Shown here: positions 47,543-59,990 of the stretch, one piece after another
Layout: each line of letters starts with the position of its first letter
How positions within the stretch are numbered: position 1 is the first letter of the stretch
From: Mayamaea pseudoterrestris
Taxonomy: Eukaryota
Reading direction: 5' to 3'
NCBI GenBank assembly: GCA_027923505.1
Contig: BROI01000006.1
Span: 62,001 to 126,000, forward strand
Length of the DNA stretch: 64,000 nt
The notes under the pieces: model-generated
The model's input: the letters and a program-made list of their open reading frames with translations, nothing else
Database searches by the model: none
Told to the model about the DNA's origin: nothing
Made by a program: the position numbers and the translations under genes

Positions 47543-49786
47543 ATGTCGAATAGAGATAGCACCAAGAATAACAATAGATTCAAGCGTCAAAGAGAAGAGG
47601 CAAAAAGCCTTCCAGCCTTTTGGGACGCGTCATCCACCGTTTCAGCAGGCACCTTTGCGGCTCGTCGCCTGCCGGAAGTCAAATCCATTTACAGACATGC
47701 TGTAGAAAAAGATGCTGACATCAATGTAAATACAGCCAAAACTTGTACCATGGCTCATTTGATTGAAACCAACACGGCAAGTGGAGGACGCAAGACTTCG
47801 TCGCGGCATTTGCGCCGACGCGCCACGAGTCACACCGGGCGCAAGAAGCATCGCTACCCAAAAGGAAACGGGAGCAATCAGCAGCAGCAACAAGTCAACG
47901 AGAATGAATTGGACAAGGATATACAATTCGATGAGAAACAACCATGCCGACGAAAGAGGCGCAAGCCGGCGCAAATGCAAAACGAACACATGCATTGGAC
48001 GGAACCGAATGCTGATGTGTCTTTGGCAGTAGACACGAGCTATACGTCAGCTAAATCAACAAGTACTATACGAAATTCTCCCGTACGTTGGATACCAACC
48101 CACGTTTGGCACGCGGAGCGCTTTCGAATGCAAACACTTTGGAACTGGAAGGTTCCCATCATGCATTCGCAGCGAGGAGCGGGGGCAGCCATTCGATTGC
48201 TCGTCAAAGATTCCAAGACGCTTCTTCAGGACGTCACATGGACGAGTCAAGCAGTATGCTTGCGTGTCAAAATGGAACAAGTAGATGCATTCAAAACGTT
48301 GCTGCAGCACATCATGCCAGGCTTTATACAAAGCTGCAGCATGGGAGAGCAAGGCCCGTCACTTGAAGCGGCAGGGAATGCAGCTGCCAACACAGAGTGT
48401 ACACTCTTTGACGGCATGCTACATGAACCAGACCAGTTTCCGCGCGGCGCCATTGGACCAGTCCGCTGCGTGACAAGTCGCAAGCAGCCGCTGTTGCAAT
48501 TCGAACGAAGCGGCGCCGAACATGGAGACGCTGATAATGATGGAGCATCGAACGACTACTTTTGCTACTTTTGGACGCACCCTTCCATTCAATTGAAACT
48601 ATACAAGATCTTGTCGTTGCTAGTCAAAAGTCTGCCGCGCGACAGCTACAAGGGTCTGTACCAGTCGTCGTCATGCTTGGATGGCTGCGGCATGGCGTGT
48701 CTGCGCTTGCGAGGACGTTTCCTGGCCGATTGCATCAAGTTGGCACTAGAGGCATTGACGAAACATATGGATGCATACGAGACTGTTATTGACACTGCCG
48801 TTGCTCGTGCGACTGACGGAGAAGTCATGAAACTGCCGCTACGTACGCATGGTGTATTTACCAGCACTTGTCTCGTCTTGCTGCCATGCGCCACATCGCT
48901 GTCAGCAGCAACTGCGGAGGCCATTGACTCGATTGATGTATTATGTGACGCATCGCTCGCCAAGCAATTGTTTCTGGCGCTTGTCATGCACGGCGGGGCT
49001 TGCCCTATTGGTATGGTGGAGGAAGCAAGCTTGCTGCTGGAGGTGCCGTCACCTCCAGTTCCAGTCTTTCCAAGGGACTATCCCGATACGCTGGAGGGTG
49101 AAACGTATTGGAAAGGATTGGCCGATGACTGGGGATACGTTCGTCGACACTTGGAGGGCGGAACAGGACGAATACGTCCTAATGGTGGACCGCAAATGAA
49201 TGAACGAAATTGGACTGACCTTGTCGACGACAAGGACCAACAAGTCGTAGCCATTCGAGGTGCCTTTGGAAATGTTCTGTGGAACGCGCTGCAGTCAGCT
49301 GGTAATATACCAGCGAGCGTTTCGAGTGAGACACAGCCTTGTAGAAAGCGAAGGCCCACGAGGCAGCCGTGGGAACTTGGCCGGGCTCCGCTGCCCACCA
49401 TGGAAGCTGCAAAGGCGCATGCACAACTCTGCGCCACTCTCATTCAGTCACTTACTCTTCCCGCAATAATCATGTGTCACTTGACAATTCTTGGCAAGGG
49501 CACCATTGTATCAGGTACAAAAGTCCGATCAGCTGGCAAGCGGGAAGACAAGTTACTGCTTGGTTTTGTGACAGCATGTTCATTTTCACCTTCACGAGGC
49601 GCCACTCACGGACTTGTCATTTGCGGCGCGGCAAGATGGCTGGAAGCTGTTTCGTTGGCAAGAGAAGACAGCGCGTTGTTGCTTGGTAAATCAACGGCTG
49701 GACAGAATGTGTTGTGTCTTGGAGTTTTGGCTGGTGGCTGCAGCAAGGTTGACCCAGCGTTTGGAAGTCTATCCCTATTTCTATAG
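47543..49786 (+). CDS. POP1: RNase P/MRP subunit POP1 (copy B)
   Basis: Same motifs as 7804-10047. Confidence 0.88.
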   Translation: MSNRDSTKNNNRFKRQREEAKSLPAFWDASSTVSAGTFAARRLPEVKSIYRHAVEKDADINVNTAKTCTMAHLIETNTASGGRKTSSRHLRRRATSHTGRKKHRYPKGNGSNQQQQQVNENELDKDIQFDEKQPCRRKRRKPAQMQNEHMHWTEPNADVSLAVDTSYTSAKSTSTIRNSPVRWIPTHVWHAERFRMQTLWNWKVPIMHSQRGAGAAIRLLVKDSKTLLQDVTWTSQAVCLRVKMEQVDAFKTLLQHIMPGFIQSCSMGEQGPSLEAAGNAAANTECTLFDGMLHEPDQFPRGAIGPVRCVTSRKQPLLQFERSGAEHGDADNDGASNDYFCYFWTHPSIQLKLYKILSLLVKSLPRDSYKGLYQSSSCLDGCGMACLRLRGRFLADCIKLALEALTKHMDAYETVIDTAVARATDGEVMKLPLRTHGVFTSTCLVLLPCATSLSAATAEAIDSIDVLCDASLAKQLFLALVMHGGACPIGMVEEASLLLEVPSPPVPVFPRDYPDTLEGETYWKGLADDWGYVRRHLEGGTGRIRPNGGPQMNERNWTDLVDDKDQQVVAIRGAFGNVLWNALQSAGNIPASVSSETQPCRKRRPTRQPWELGRAPLPTMEAAKAHAQLCATLIQSLTLPAIIMCHLTILGKGTIVSGTKVRSAGKREDKLLLGFVTACSFSPSRGATHGLVICGAARWLEAVSLAREDSALLLGKSTAGQNVLCLGVLAGGCSKVDPAFGSLSLFL

Positions 49787-49858
49787 TACGGGTTGATCTA
49801 CATCCTGTAAAACGATTTGAGTTTAATGAGTATATATATAACTTACTAACGGTAATCA

Positions 49859-51648
49859 TTAGTGATGATGATGCTCTGCCTGGGCGGAAGTCACATTGGG
49901 CCATCGAGCACTCTCATCAACACTGCCATCATCAGCTCCCTCGAACTCGCGCGACAAAAACTTTAAACCAAGCTTTCGCGAGACCAGCTGCGCCAAGACA
50001 CAAACAAGACCAATAATGGCTAAATTCGCAGGATCCACCACCCATAAACCAAGAGTCGCAGTAAAAGCAAGCAAACCAGCGCGAAGTGAAAGAAGTAACA
50101 CTCCACGAACGTTAACGTGTTTCGATTTGCGACATACACACCGACCCTTACTCTTGCCCAAACCAATATGAGCAAGAATCATTGTATCCAAGCAAAAGAA
50201 TATTACTGCCAATGACCCTGCGAAGAGGTTCGCATTCTGTTGACGGCGAACGTCAGGATCTCCAACCAAGACTGTTTCCGACAAACGTCGCGTTTCTTCG
50301 GTGGATTGATGCAGTTCGTCCAGCAAAAACGTTGTAAACGTGGCGCCAAAGGATACCAGCGCAAAGGAATATATAATGTGCAGATTGGACCACAAAATGC
50401 CTGCATCCTTGGATCGTCGAAGCGCATGGTCATTGACCGCGTCTCGCGGCAAAGACATGAAGTGCAGGTACTGCAGCAACACCACCATCAATAGCCCGCA
50501 GTAAAAGATGCGGTAGAACCAGCTTGACTGATCGCTCACGTATACAATGAGAATGCTGAAAATGGACTCGCCAAGCATGAGCATGACCCATTCGCCGTTG
50601 CGATGCACCGTAAACCCAACGTTGAGTGGAATGGTTCTGATAAAAATAGGGGAGATAACATTGACGAGTAAGAAAGCAATTCAAGAAGCAGCGTTAACAT
50701 CTCAAGACGACATTTGAATACATACAATTCCTTGTGACGATCACCAGATGGAAAGAAGAAGAGAATATGAATATTCTGCACAATGTGCTGCGCCAGAAAC
50801 CCACAGAGCACCAGAATGATGGAAAGGTCGTCCCTGATTGTGATTGCTTCCTCCACCAGCAGCCGATGGCTGCTGCTTGCTGTCAAGTCGACCATGTTCC
50901 ACGCCACAATCGCCGCGGCAAGGTAAAACACCAAGCCAATGCACGTGTTGCGCGAGGCGCTAATGGCCACATGTCGCATTTGCTTGACTTGCCCCACCCC
51001 AAAGACGTAAATCTCCAAATAGCGAGCCAAGTTCAACACCCGCTCCAAGACGAGCGCCAGACAAAATACGAACAATCGCCTTTGCCCAATCAGTTCATCA
51101 ATGGGTCGAATGTTCAACACGGCAGTCGCCACCATCAAAAAGAGCGACACCTGCGCCAAGCGATGAAAGACGTCGTCGCCTTGATAGACGAACCGACAAT
51201 CATACATTAGCTTCTCGTTCCAAACGTTCATTAGCGCGAAAAACGTCGCCATGGCGTACAAGAGTCCTCGGCCCGTTGGAGTGACATTTAAAATGTTACT
51301 GACATTGTAGGTTGCTCCGACGTAAAAGAGGTCGAAAAAGACGTCTCCCCAATCCACGCGCGGCAGTACTTGCGCGTCGTTCCACGTTTGTCGCTGCTGC
51401 GGTTTCGAGTACAGCAGCAGCAGGGATGGACGATAGGAAACGTCGTACGGGGCAGCGTCGAGACTGGCGCGCCGCATCATGGCGGCGTGGCGAGCGGCGG
51501 TCGCTGCAGGGTTGGTAGAATACTCTGGATCAGAGTCGTTTTGTTTTAATCCATCGCCTTCATAATCGCTAGCTTCCTGCTGCTTGATGACATAAACAGG
51601 ATCCGTATCTGTCACGTCAGAAGAATCTTGATGGTGCTCCTCCGCCAT
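49859..51648 (-). CDS. LtrA-like membrane protein (copy B, one intron)
   Basis: Homologous to 10121-11984. Confidence 0.75.
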
Positions 51649-52261
51649 GACTACCTCCTTTCAAAAGTAGAAACGTTCGGACCGCCGCAATGTACTGTAC
51701 TCGTAATTACTGTATATTGATACACGCAGGACACTCTATGCAACAGTTTAAAAGCTCTCTTGGATCATTGGCAGCCTTTACGTTCGTCCATGCCGCACCA
51801 AGGATACGCTTGACACGCCAGTTTCGAGTGCCATGGTCGAGGCGGGCAGACCTTTTCCAAATCATCGACCGTACATGAGTCACGCTCCGACGAATCAAAG
51901 CGCCGCTTCGTTCAAAGAGGTGCGTCAGCATCATGACGATCCGCATTTCGACTTATGCCTCTTCAATTTTCCCACATTCTACTTAAGCAGCATCATTGAA
52001 CCATGCCAAAATGCCAGCGTCGCCTGCGTCATTCGACTTATGGGGCAGCTGCAGACTGCGAGAGTGTGTGCGACGAGATCTTTCACACCTTCTCGTCGAC
52101 TCGAGCGGCACAACTCTTGCGAAAAGACTTTCCTTGCTGATCCTAACGCTGCAAGTGTAACTGCTGTCTGCAAGAGTCACGGGAGTTGTGTGTCAAGAGT
52201 CGTAGCCTTGTCATCGCGGCAAACGTAGTATTATACGAGCTTAACAAGCGCAACGAGCATC

Positions 52262-54681
52262 ATGACCATGATGCAGCAGCAGCATCCTTCGGTGAGTGAA
52301 CGCAGCAGCAGCAGCGTCGGCGAAACTATATTGCATGCATGTAGCGTCTGGTACCATGTATGATGCATGCAGCGCCGGGCTGCTACAAGTCTCGAGCAGA
52401 AACTGCAGTCATTATGCTCGTTCCGCTGTATGGAACAATTATGTATTCAATCGCAACTCAGTGTCCGTTGAGTGTCTTGTTCTTCAAGCTTTCGCTGGCT
52501 CACCTCTACGTCTCTTTCATCTCATTCTTCCTCCGCCATAATATAATTCACTCATCATCAGTCAACGACGCCACTGGACTTTACCGTCTCCATTGTCGCC
52601 TGCGGACCTCTCTGCCACAACAACAACATGGTGTACGCGATTGGAGTCGTGCAACCCGTCCAGTCCTGGACCGTCCTGCGCAGCCACGACGATTTTTTGG
52701 CCCTGTCGCAGAGTTTGTGTGACAGACACGACGCTTGTCCCAGTGTAACGCAACTCGTGGCGGGGTGTAGTCATGGTAGTAGTGGAGGAAATACTCTTGG
52801 AGGTGGCAGCAACCATAACAACTCGATGATCATGACTCCGGAACACATTACACACATTCGCAACACGGTCCAGGAGTGGTTGACCAACATTTTACTGCAT
52901 GATCCGTTGTCACGGTCGCTCACATCGATGCGCGATTTTTTGACGCTGGGCGCCAACATTATATTTCCAATGTACGAGGGAGTCGTTTGGACGCAGTTTC
53001 CCAACATGGCGCCGCAAGGCAGTAGTCATTATCACGTGTCTAACGCGACGACGACTTGCACCACCAGCAATAACAGCAACAACAAGATCACATCAGCATG
53101 CGCCAGCGTCGACGACATGGAAATGGATATCATGTTCAGCAGCAACAACGGCGACGACGACGCGGCGCGTCACGGCGACATTGACGACGATTTACCGCAA
53201 GAAGACTACGTTTTCTGCAGCAGCGAGCGCTACAAGCCCACGGCGGAAGCCGTCACGGACGAGGATGAGCTCGACATGATGCAGGGTGACATTGAAATGG
53301 TCGAAGACATTGGCTCGCTGGCGCAAAGCATGGGCGCCTCGCATTTGGGACGATCGCTGCAGCTGCAGGCGGAAATGACCAATCGCAATAATAATAACGC
53401 GACTAATAATTGTTTACCACCACCAGCACCACCACGTCAAGGATTGAACATTCGTGGATCTCCCTTGCTGGATTCATCCACCAAGCAGGTTGCAGCTGGC
53501 GGCTTGGGCGGCGCCATGGCGCAGGCCGCCTCCAACGGCGCGTTCACGCGCAGCACCATGGAGTCGGCTGCCACGCTCGACTCGTTCAAAATGATTCGCG
53601 TCATTGGCAAGGGATCCTTCGGAAAGGTGTTTTTGGTGCGTGAGCACAAGACGAATACCATTTATGCGCTCAAGGTGCTGCGCAAGGACAATATCATTAA
53701 GCGCAACCAGGTGGAGCATACCAAGACGGAGCGAAGTGTGTTGGGTTACGTGCAGCATCCGTTTATTGTGGGAATGAACATGGCGTTTCAGTCCAAGGAC
53801 AAGTTGTACTTTGTCTTGGACTACTGCGCCGGTGGTGAATTGTTCTTTCACTTGGGCAAGGAGGGCAAGTTTCAGGAGGCGAGGACAAGGTTTTATGCGG
53901 CTGAAATCATTTTGGCGATTAGCTACGTTCACAGCCTTGACATTATATACCGCGATTTGAAGGTACGTGGAGCTGCAACAATGAATGATGAGTTGCACAA
54001 TTAGTCATTTGTTGGCTAAGTCTTGCTTCTATTCTGTTTTTGTGACAGCCGGAGAATGTTCTGCTTGATAGCCAGGGCCATATCCGCCTCACTGATTTCG
54101 GCTTGAGCAAGGAAGGTATCAGCAACAGCTCCAGCGGAGCCAACAGTTTTTGCGGCACACCCGAATACCTCGCTCCGGAGATTCTCAATCGGCAGGGCCA
54201 CGGACGAGCGGTCGATTGGTGGAGCCTCGGAGCGCTACTCTACGAAATGCTCACTGGACTACCTCCCTTCTACTGCCAAGATCGCGAGCGATTGTTTGAG
54301 AAGATTCGCAAGAGTGAGCTCACGTACCCGCTGGCCCTTTCGCGGCCATCCGTAAACCTACTGAAGGGTCTCCTCACAAAGGATCCCACCATTCGACTTG
54401 GAAGTGGGCCGACGGATGCAGATGAGATCAAGCCTCATGAGTTCTTCGCGCCCATTAACTGGGACAAGCTCATGAAGGGTGACATTACCCCACCCTGGGT
54501 TCCTAACATTCAAGGCAGCACCGATACCAGCCTATTTGACAAGGAGTTTACGCAAATGCCCGTCTTTTCGCCGCACTCCATGCAGCGAGTCCACGGCTTT
54601 GGAGCAACACCCAAGGAGAATCATTTTGAAGGCTTTACCTTTACTGATCGCATCCTACACGGCCAAGCTGGTGCCCATTGA
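52262..54681 (+). CDS. PX-like AGC kinase (copy B, 3 exons)
   Basis: C-terminal 192-aa translation is identical to copy A. Micro-exon 52262-52291 splices in frame to 52562. Confidence 0.92.
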
Positions 54682-54934
54682 GTCGCCAGCAGAGGCTGGA
54701 CAATTTAAGTGTTTTTATGCGTGCAAGGTCCTGCACGAAACTGTGACTGTAATTTACGAAATGAAACGGATGGAGCGATGCATGAATGAATGGATTCCCG
54801 TTTTCTACTTAATGCTCCAAGAGCTGGATGGAATATATTTGCTATGTGCCTCAATAGTTAAACTGCATGCGCTGCAATTATTTTCGTTAGACATTTTCAT
54901 TTGGATCGAACACGTTTTTACAGAATTCGATTGT

Positions 54935-55840
54935 TTACAACCGCCTTCGCCGACACTCATAGCTCCGAAAGAGACCAGCAGCATACAGCCGAGTACTTAG
55001 TACCTCCAGACTTGACTCGCGCAGCATGGCGTCAACATTTTGATTGTACACGCATCCCTTGCCACCAATGGCAGCAGCATCCGCAGTGGCATCCTGGTAC
55101 AAGCCCAGCAACGCATTATTGGATCGACTATTCTCCAGCAGTAAAACCGTTCCTTGCGGCTTGACAACTTTGGATATTTGCTCCAAGCACTGGCGGGCGC
55201 CTTGGCTGCCCATGACGCAGAGCGAAAATGTATCAATGACAGTGTCAAAGTAAGCTTCTCCAAATGCCTTGACCAATTCGCTAGTAGCATCCGCTTTGAT
55301 AAAGCTTACTGGAATGTTTCGTAGTTGCGGCAATGATTCTACTCGAGCACGCGCCGCTTGCAGCATGTTGCTCGAAACGTCAACAAGCGTCAGTCTCGTC
55401 ACGGACGATGCATCATAGTAGCTAAGGTTGAGTCCAGTTCCAACTCCAATTTCCAAAACCTTGCCTCGAGCTTGCTTTAGCAACTGGATGCGCGCTTGGT
55501 CAATGCCCAAGAATGATGCTGCCGATCCGCCATCGAGGACGTCATACTCGGATGCGTATGCATCGTAATCGGTTTCCGCTTGGTCGGGAGTAAGAGCCAT
55601 GCTCTTATGAGGTATTAAAAGACCTGATAGCAAGATCGGAGCAGATTTCTGAAAAAATTGGCGGCGATTATCTGCATCAAGCTCAAGCCTATTGGAGGGG
55701 CCATCGGCGATTCTCGGCTGATACTTTTCATGTCTTCTCGTTTGCACTGACAAAGCATAAGATGAAAATGCCAGGCAAGCCGTCATCAATATGAAAGTCA
55801 GAGCGGTACGATACGATGTATTGTGTATAGTTGATCGCAT
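54935..55840 (-). CDS. SAM-dependent methyltransferase (copy B)
   Basis: Homologous to 15223-16122. Confidence 0.87.
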   Translation of the reverse strand: MRSTIHNTSYRTALTFILMTACLAFSSYALSVQTRRHEKYQPRIADGPSNRLELDADNRRQFFQKSAPILLSGLLIPHKSMALTPDQAETDYDAYASEYDVLDGGSAASFLGIDQARIQLLKQARGKVLEIGVGTGLNLSYYDASSVTRLTLVDVSSNMLQAARARVESLPQLRNIPVSFIKADATSELVKAFGEAYFDTVIDTFSLCVMGSQGARQCLEQISKVVKPQGTVLLLENSRSNNALLGLYQDATADAAAIGGKGCVYNQNVDAMLRESSLEVLSTRLYAAGLFRSYECRRRRL

Positions 55841-56060
55841 GACGGCTCTTTTCTGGACGGTCGAAGGGCTGCGTGACATCGTTTCTTCGTCATGGTCACA
55901 ATTTCGTCGCGGCGCCCGCGCCGGCGCGGATAATGAGTTGCGCTGCGACGCTCGCCGTCGTGCCGGCGAAAATCAGGTGCGAAAGCATAAGCTTTATGTA
56001 ACAGCCAAACAAAACACAAGCTGTCAAAGTCATCAAAAGTTTTACCGCAAAACATATACA

Positions 56061-56176
56061 ATGTCCAATCAAGAGGGACTAATGGCGATTGATGAGGAAG
56101 ACGCTACGGTTGAACCGGTCCTTGCGGATCATCGCGATTCCGCACCAAACGAAATCGAAGTTATTGGAGCAGGCGC
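56061..56176 (+). pseudogene. 5' fragment of BTB/POZ gene interrupted by the retrotransposon
   Basis: ATG at 56061. Joining across the GGCGC duplication gives an in-frame IEVIGAGAVQANGDY. Confidence 0.88.
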
Positions 56177-56446
56177 TGCTGAGATTGCTCCAAATGTACT
56201 TGTAATTTACGATATAAACCTCTCCTATTCGCTTGCAAAAGATCCGCTATAAAAGAGTGAGCTTATTCTATCCTAAGCGACCGCCGTAACTCTTGGAATC
56301 TTGACCTCTCCAAGAGTGTCTCCGAGTCTCTATAGCTAACTGTCCTGTTCATTGCAACGCGGCCAGTCGATCCCGCATCTTTACCAATGCCCTGGGATGT
56401 AGGCCATAGTACTGAGGATCACCTGTTTAATCACCGATTCTCAGCA
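56177..56446 (-). repeat. 3' LTR (270 bp)
   Basis: 8-bp terminal inverted repeat tgctgaga...tctcagca. Base-for-base identical to 60917-61186. Confidence 0.97.
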
Positions 56447-56455
56447 CTCTCCTCT
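56447..56455 (-). other. Polypurine tract
   Basis: Minus-strand AGAGGAGAG directly abuts the 3' LTR. Confidence 0.8.
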
Positions 56456-56467
56456 GATCCGATGTAC

Positions 56468-57905
56468 TTAATCTTCAAAGTACTCATCGTCGCCGACGAA
56501 CACCTTTGCGTGCTTGTGAAACGCCTTCACGCCCAGATTCTTTGTAAAGATATCGGCGCAATTGTCGTCGGTTCCAATCCATTCAATGTCTATAATCTTT
56601 TTCTCCTTCAACTCTCGAAGGAAATAATATCGCACGTCAATATGACGCGTCTTGCCGGCCGTCGACCAATTGTTCGTTAGATCAAACGCGCCCTTGTTGT
56701 CTCCTATAACTTTCATTGGGAGCTCGACTTGTAATCCAATCGACTCCAGTAATCGCTTGTGGCTCAACAGCTCGCGCGCTCCGTTCGTCATCTCCACTAA
56801 CTCCGCCTCCGTGGGCGACAGCGTGACAAAGTCTTGCATCTTTGAGCATTGAACGATTGGCGCGTCCTCTAGAAACGTGCTGTAGCCTCCTGGACTCCTT
56901 CTTGTGTCTGGATCCGACGCGTATGATGAGTCCGTAATCACTTTCAATCTGAACTTAAAGCTTGGTGTGCCATCCCATTGCCTCGATGGCTTGAGGACGA
57001 GTCCACGCTCCGGAGTCCTCGTTAAGTAGCGCATGATTCGATGGTTCGCTTTCACATGCGCTTCCGTTGGTCCTTGTAGACGCCTTGCAACGTCTCTAAC
57101 AGCGTTGCTTATCTCTGGTCTCGAGCCTCTTTTAATCCATTGAACAATGCCAACGCCGCTGCGAAACTCGTGATGCTCCTGCGCTCCAACGATTGTTTCG
57201 CCGCTCTTTACGCTTCCCGGTGACGCCGGAAGCCTCTCCTCATCGAGCTCGTCGGGTATATTGAACTCGTCTTTGAGTCTTTGAATTGCGACTGGTTGAG
57301 TTATCTTCAACCATCCTTCTTCCTTGTTGATATCGATCTTGCAGCCGATGTGCTCTTTCAACTCGCCAATGTCCTCGCAGTCGAGTTCGCTCATGAATTT
57401 GTTCTTCGCTGTGATGATATCCTTTCCGGCCGACAAGCAGTCATCCGTATGACTCGACCAAAGATGTAATCCTTGTTCGCCCCATTGATAATAGAGGCAT
57501 GGATCGGCCTTGCTCCTTCCGTATCCTTGGTTGTCGAACGCTCTGACCAACACCAAATAGAAACAGTACGCCGCTTGTATCAATCCGTACACTGGCGCCA
57601 ACAGCTGCAACACGCTGTCTGCTTTATAATGCTTTTCGAATCCTTGTGGTATCTTAATGTAAATCTTTTCGTCGTTTTCGAACTTGCCTTGCAAGAATGC
57701 TCCTCGCACGTCGACAATGTGCGCGTCCCAGCGTGCCATCAACATCAATACCAACATGATGCGCGTCGTCGATAGATTCACGACAGGCGCCGACACCGAC
57801 TTGGGATCGTAATGGACTCCTTCGATCTGCTGGAATCCCCTGACCGCCATTCTTGCTCGCTTTGTTCCGTTTGCCTTTTGCTTCATTGCCCATGTCGTGT
57901 CGATC
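56468..57905 (-). CDS. Copia reverse transcriptase-RNase H
   Basis: KRARMAVRGFQQ, DVRGAFLQG, VYGLIQAA, HTDD, TDSSYA, TEAEL, GDNKGA, HIDVRYYFLRE, ADIFTK. Confidence 0.95.
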
Positions 57906-59990
57906 AGCCCGTTCCTTCAGGAAGCTGCGAGCGTGGGATTTCTTTGAAGCATTTGTACTTGAGCATTCGATCATGCTCGTCGTCAACCGCCTTCTGCCAT
58001 TCAGCGACTGGTCCCTTCGCCATTGCCTCGCTGAACTTCATTACTTGTAGCTCTGATGTATGCGCAATGCCATCGCCAATCCCTGCGCCAACGAGCGCTA
58101 ACTCGTCGCGCGCCGGCGTGTAGCACTCGCCTTCCTCCATCTCCTCGATGATTGCCGCGTTGAGCGTAAGCTCACAGTCCAGCATCGCCAACGCGCATTC
58201 TTGGGTCGCCAGCTGATACGCCAGCGTTACTTGCTCGATCAATCGTTGCCTTGGTATTACAACGCGCCCGGATCGAGTTATTGTTCTTCCTTCCCCATGG
58301 TCAATCTTTGTGACAGCTCGCTCGTTTGCTGATGCCACGTTGTCAACGTCACCGTTGACACTCTCCTCTTCCTCACTGTCGCTGGCTTGCGCGTCGTGAG
58401 TCGCACCTCTTGGGGTGTCAAGATCCCAATCGATGCCTTCCTTCTCCTTTAAGTCGGCTATCTCCTTGATCGTTTCTTGGAAATACCACTTGTTTAGGAA
58501 CGTTACATCTCTAACCTCTGCAACTCTATTCGTCTTGGGATTCCAAACTTGATAGACGTCTCCCTCATGGTCATCCGGAAAGCCTACCAACATGCCGACT
58601 GCGCCTTTGTCAAATTCCATTCCCGGTTTCTTGACACCTTTCGTCAGCACGCACGCCTCGCCCCAACGCCTCATGTACTTAACAAAGCGTGGAATCTTTT
58701 CGCCAAAGTGCTCATAGCGTGTTTTCATTTCCCCATTCAACTCGACCATGGTGAGTCCATCCAACTTGCTAGCATGCTTTACTAGCCTTGCAAAGAACTT
58801 CTGCCTCTGCTTCTCTGGTACGTTTGCTCTGTATGCTATAGCTCTTGAACGCCCTTTGAGTGTGCGCCAGCAGGTTTCTGCCTTGTGGTTCTGTTGCGGC
58901 GTGTTTGCCGCTGTCCATTCAATGCGCTTGACGAGTCCCTCTGCCTTGGCTTGCCTCGCAAGACTCTTGTTCTCGCCAGCGTTATCCATCCTTAGAAACT
59001 CAACCTCCCTTCCTTTGTGCTTCCATTCTCTAAGCAGGTTCAAGGTTGGTTCCACCATTGCGTTCTTGGTTGCGAAGAAGTCGACAACTTTGAATCCTGT
59101 CGCCTCGTCCACGATGCATCGACCGTTCAACTTGCCTGGCAGATTCTTGCCTTCTTTATCCTTTGGCGTCGTCAAGTCCAAGTAGATGCGTCGTCCTGGT
59201 GTCTTTGCCTTCTCGGCTGGCTCCTTTCGAGCGATATCCTTCTGGCGCGCCTTCGCTACGCCGCAAGAGACGCATGGATTCATCTTTCCAGTTAGCGTCC
59301 ATCCTAAGTGCTTCGCTGTCGCTCGAGTCGCTGCTTTGCCCATGTGGCCAAACTCTTCATGCACTTGTTGGTAAGAAACGACTCTGTTTGCGTTTGCCGC
59401 GACTGTTGCTTGTTCTGCCGTCGTCGGCGTCCTTTTGACTCGCATATCGTGGAAGACTCCGCTGCCGACTTGTACCGTCACATCGAAGACTAACTTGCGC
59501 TTTCCTTTGCTTAACTCCAGTCCATCTATTGACTGCTTCAGCGTCCAACCTTCCTTTATCATCTTTCCGACTGGAATGAGGTTGCCGACGGCTGACTCCG
59601 AGTAACTGACTCGATCCAACGACAAGTTTCCAACCTTCTTGCCGTCCTTATCCACGATTGTGCCTCGCAACTTTCCAACAAGCTCGGGATGTACGTATTC
59701 ACTGTTCCCGACTTTGATCTTATCGACGCTTGTTGCTGCCCTTGTCTCATACATTGCTTCTTTTGACTTCGTTATGGCGCTCGTGCACCCGTTGTCGGCA
59801 AACCACAACTCGTCGTCGACCTCCGCGACGCCCTTGGTTGCCATGATGAAGAATTCGTCGTCACAAGTGACATTTGCCGACTCATTCTTCTTCTCCAAGA
59901 TCTTCTTGAACCAAGCGGGGCGCTTGGAGGCGTTCTTCTCAAGATGAAAGCAGTCTTCTTTCTTGTGCCCTTGCTTTCCGCATTCGTCCG
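57904..59990 (-). CDS. Copia protease-integrase (plus second zinc knuckle)
   Basis: WFADNGCT, HEEFGH..CVSC, IYLD / LRMDNAGE / PQQNHKAE (DDE triad). Confidence 0.93.
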
